32,000 nucleotides of DNA, taken from contig CP145874.1 of the NCBI GenBank assembly GCA_041942055.1, positions 180,001-212,000 of the forward strand, given 5' to 3'. The DNA comes from Candidatus Saccharimonadota bacterium (lineage in GTDB: Bacteria; Pseudomonadota; Gammaproteobacteria; Enterobacterales; Enterobacteriaceae). The notes beneath the pieces were generated by a model. It was given only the letters and a program-made list of their open reading frames with translations, made no database searches and was not told the DNA's origin. Shown here piece after piece: positions 31,108 through 32,000 of the stretch. Position numbers and translations under genes: made by a program. Within the stretch, counting starts at the first letter, position 1. Each line of letters starts with the position of its first letter.

Positions 31108-31911
31108 TTATTTATAAAATTTATTAAGAGCTTCTTGAAAATGCTCTAGTAAATCCCAGTACACATTTTGTAAATCATTACCTTTACTCCACCATCGAAC
31201 TATCAAATTTAAAGAAGATACTCCTATTTCATGTAATTTTATAGTGATTTCTCGTTCTTTTATAACACGTTCATCTGCTAACATTATCTCATATAAAATT
31301 TTTTTCAAACTATTAAGATTTGTATTAGGAGCCACTTTGAGTATGATCTCGTTACGACGTATAGGTTCACGAGAATAATTAATAATATTGCCTGCAATCA
31401 CTTTACCATTAGGGATAACTATTGTTTTTCCATCAGCTGAAAGTAATGTAGTGGAAAAAATCTGTATTTGTTGTACTATACCTGTGATACCACCTAGATC
31501 AACGTATTCACCTACACGTAAGGGTCTAAATATTACAAGTAATACTCCTGCCGCCAAATTTGAAAGAGATCCTTGTAATGCTAAACCTACAGCCAAACCG
31601 GCTGCACCTAAAACGGTAATAATAGATGCGGTTTGTACCCCAACACGATTCAGTGCTGCAGTAACTGCAAAAGTTATAATGCTATATCGTAATAGCATAG
31701 ACAAAAAGTCTGCTACAGTAATATCTAAATGTCTAGCTAAAAAAATTTTATTAATATTTTTTGCAATATAATTGGCAAGACTCATTCCAATACATATAAT
31801 TGCTATAGCAGATATTATATTTTTTATATAACTTAATAATAATGAATGATTCTGTATCATCCAATTACATGCATTTTGTATAATATTTATTACATCATTA
31901 GTAATTTCCAT
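31108..31911 (-). CDS. mscS: Small-conductance mechanosensitive channel MscS, about 19 aa shorter at the C-terminus than E. coli MscS
   Basis: 267 aa with LLLSY..NI..A.AII..G, ATVADFLS.L.RY.II.F...AAL.RVGVQTAS.I.VLGAAGLAVGLALQGSLSNLAAGVLLV.FRP.R.GEYVDLGG..G.V..IQIFSTT, PNGK.IAGNIIN.SREP.RRNE, and LQNVYWD.LE. Confidence 0.9.
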   Translation of the reverse strand: MEITNDVINIIQNACNWMIQNHSLLLSYIKNIISAIAIICIGMSLANYIAKNINKIFLARHLDITVADFLSMLLRYSIITFAVTAALNRVGVQTASIITVLGAAGLAVGLALQGSLSNLAAGVLLVIFRPLRVGEYVDLGGITGIVQQIQIFSTTLLSADGKTIVIPNGKVIAGNIINYSREPIRRNEIILKVAPNTNLNSLKKILYEIMLADERVIKEREITIKLHEIGVSSLNLIVRWWSKGNDLQNVYWDLLEHFQEALNKFYK

Positions 31912-32000
31912 ATAATTTTATACATAAAAGTTTATGAATAATAAATAAGCTAAAGTATAATTAAAATAAATTCACAGCATTTAGTTGTAAAAAAGTTTGT

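Noticed and set aside
31388-31771. 127-aa plus-strand ORF antisense to mscS, strikingly long for such AT-rich DNA
   Set aside because: It lies exactly opposite the most conserved, Gly/Ala-rich (GC-richer) part of mscS, where the antisense frame is naturally free of stops. Its product is low-complexity (Pro/Ala/Thr/Lys), it has no Shine-Dalgarno, and it resembles no family I recognise. This is a classic shadow ORF.

Overview
Gene-dense, very AT-rich sequence. Hand counts of sample 60-nt lines give about 18-25% GC in most genes and 33-45% only in the most conserved ones. The proteins are Enterobacterales-like with strong Lys/Ile/Asn bias, the typical look of a strongly reduced insect-endosymbiont genome. 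The missing dnaA and the composition fit Wigglesworthia best, with Blochmannia-type symbionts also possible; this taxon call is inference only. I support 30 CDS and 1 tRNA. They are: gapA (partial), sppA, mutH, ygdQ, a 5-gene Csu/sigma-type chaperone-usher pilus operon, hflC, hflK, miaA, mutL, tRNA-Gly(GCC), orn, efp, dxs, ispA, xseB, mnmE, yidC, yidD, rnpA, rpmH, dnaN, gyrB, lysS, prfB, ygfZ, rpiA and mscS. Several ORF-track starts are upstream TTG/GTG extensions, and I trimmed them to homology-supported ATGs (orn, efp, xseB, hflK, gyrB, major pilin). rpmH and gapA are absent from the ORF track and were found by reading the sequence. I found no CRISPR, IS element, integrase, prophage, toxin-antitoxin or defence-like genes. 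Every ORF belongs to a known family, so I cannot point to a genuinely new system class. The one non-housekeeping module is the intact pilus operon (4142..9464). It is unexpected beside conserved neighbourhoods that have lost dnaA, recF, hfq-hflX and the queG-nnr-tsaE-amiB interval. Other points worth a second look: a perfect 13-bp intercistronic hairpin after the major pilin gene; elevated GC in the major pilin gene; A10 and A11 homopolymers in the pilus chaperone and mutL; prfB without the programmed +1 frameshift; TTG-started overlapping usher and tip genes; a truncated MscS C-terminus.
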